This document shows, in pieces, positions 62,296 to 64,000 of a stretch of DNA of 64,000 nucleotides. Each line of letters opens with the position of its first letter. Positions within the stretch are counted from its first letter, which is position 1. A model generated the notes under the pieces. The model saw only the letters and a list, made by a program, of their open reading frames with translations. It was not told where the DNA came from and did not search any database. Made by a program: the position numbers and the translations under genes. Origin of the DNA: Rhynchocyon petersi (taxonomy: Eukaryota). The stretch covers positions 421,897,137 through 421,961,136 of the forward strand of contig CM091795.1 in the NCBI GenBank assembly GCA_043290085.1. The letters are read 5' to 3'.

Positions 62296-63555
62296 AACCA
62301 ACTCCCCCAAAAACTTAAAATCCCAGAAACCAGGAGTCGGAATGTACTTGATGGCAGTAGATTTGGGTTTAGTTGGTTTCTCACAGCCTTTTCTTTCAGG
62401 TCTCTTGAGTATTGGGCTCCCTCACTTTTCCTTTAGAAAACTCCTCTCCTTCCCTGTGAGGGATTCCTAATGAAGGCAGTACTGACTCCTGAGGAGTATT
62501 TCAGACATTAGTGGAGATGTTTTTCTTTTGGCTGTCACAATGGCCAGGGTACTTACAGGCGTTTAGGGCAGAGACTCTGAAATTGCTAAACATTATGCAC
62601 TCTGCACAGTAAAGAACATTCCCACTCAACGAAGAACATTTTTGTATCCCATACATGTTGAGTGACTTGTCAGTCATTTATGCAGCTGAAAGTCTTTGGT
62701 CATCTATGCTTAGTATGTCTAACTTTCTTTTGTGTCTAGTTTTAATAAACACTGAAGTTTGCAGGAATGTAACAGCCATTAAAATCATGGGCAGATCATA
62801 CTTGTATTGTTTGACATTTTGCCAAAGAATATTAATCATTTTGGCAAATCATGCCAATCACCAATTTCATCATCACAGGGTGCTATATCAATTTGCACTT
62901 GTAGCAGTTACATCAAGGTGATTCTATATCTAAAGATGCACATATCTGTGTCGTGTCAATTTGAGTGTCATGCCCAGATATTTACTTATCTAAATACATA
63001 ATAGTTTAGCAAACTTCCTTCTAGTGTTACATTATATATATTTAAGACATTAATTTTAAAAATTGTGTGTAGATGAACAACATTTTGGATTATGTATCAA
63101 TATAATAAAAGGAACAGCAAAATTGGTTGAAAAATGGAGAGTTGGAACTGACGGAGGAGATGGTGATAGAGGCTTTTGTTAGGAAGGAAGGTGGCATCCG
63201 GCTCAGTATATAGAGAAGACAGGCTACTTGAAATTTTGCTTCAGTCTGTTGCTTGAGAATCAAGAATAGTTCCTAAAGGAAAATTATAATATTTTCTATA
63301 AGACAGCTAATCTGTCTTATAGAAAGAAAGGCTATGTCTGCTGTTACTACCTGGTCCTATTCCTTGTGAAATAGCATTTGCCTTATTGTCTTAAAGGTCA
63401 CTTGTCACTTTCCCGAGCCTGGTGCCATCTTTAGGGAAATTATTCCACATTAGGCACTGATAATGGCACCAAACAGATCCATTTTCTTCCTAACTGGAAG
63501 GGGAGGGAGAAGATGCTCTCGGTGCTCTCTGCCTGTACCTGGTTAGGAGTCCTGG

Positions 63556-63690
63556 CAGTGCAGGACATAGAAAGGTTGGCAGCTTGAATCCACTAGGTGC
63601 TCCACAGGTGAAAAGTGGGTGGTCTCCTTCTGTAAAGATGTGCAGCTTTGGAATGATAAGTCAAAACAGGCTTGATGGCAGTGGGTTTTG
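63556..63690 (+). repeat. Degenerate AfroSINE-like (+)
   Basis: The sequence reads gcagtgcaggacatagaaaggttggcagcttgaatccactaggtgctccacaggtgaaaagtgggtggtctcc...gtcaaaacaggcttgatggcag. Confidence 0.5.
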
Positions 63691-64000
63691 GGGGGACAAC
63701 TGATTGTAGGCCATTTTTTGGGCCTGCCAATTCCTTTACTCTGTAGCCACAGAGTAACTTAAGGATGCATTAATCTAGATTTTCAGCAAGCATGCTCAAA
63801 TATTTTTTGCAAGAAATGGCGTTTGATTTCATTATCTAGGAGAAGAAAAAAGGAGAAATGAGAAGACATTTAAGAGGAATTGAATTTGGTAGAGGGGAAA
63901 GTCCAATGATTGGGGAATAAAAGACCAGGGATGGAAAAGGAAAAGCAAAGCCAACAAACAAAACCCCCCAAATTGTTGAAATGTCTGTATCTCTAACCCA

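Overview
This is a mammalian nuclear genomic window, almost certainly from an afrotherian such as an elephant-like genome. Its interspersed repeats are dominated by tRNA-derived AfroSINEs and by BovB/RTE-type non-LTR retrotransposons, with a few L1 fragments. Four protein-coding genes are complete in the window. They lie in the same order and relative orientation as the human 14q11.2 block PNP, PIP4P1 (TMEM55B), APEX1, OSGEP, KLHL33. PIP4P1 (+) has 7 coding exons spanning 13827-17196. APEX1 (-) has 4 coding exons spanning 18197-20344. OSGEP (+) has 11 coding exons spanning 21310-32558. KLHL33 (+) has 4 coding exons spanning 42084-50701 and appears to encode two tandem BTB domains. A probable PNP exon 1 (-) sits in a CpG island near 1.5 kb. 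Other features include an APEX1/OSGEP bidirectional CpG-island promoter, convergent PIP4P1/APEX1 poly(A) sites, an RPL35 processed retrocopy with target-site duplications inside an RTE, a near full-length RTE antisense in OSGEP intron 1, and more than 35 AfroSINE copies with several informative insertion junctions. I see no evidence of a novel or undescribed biological system. This is an ordinary housekeeping-gene region with heavy retrotransposon load. All exon coordinates were derived by hand translation and splice-site inspection and could be off by a few bases.
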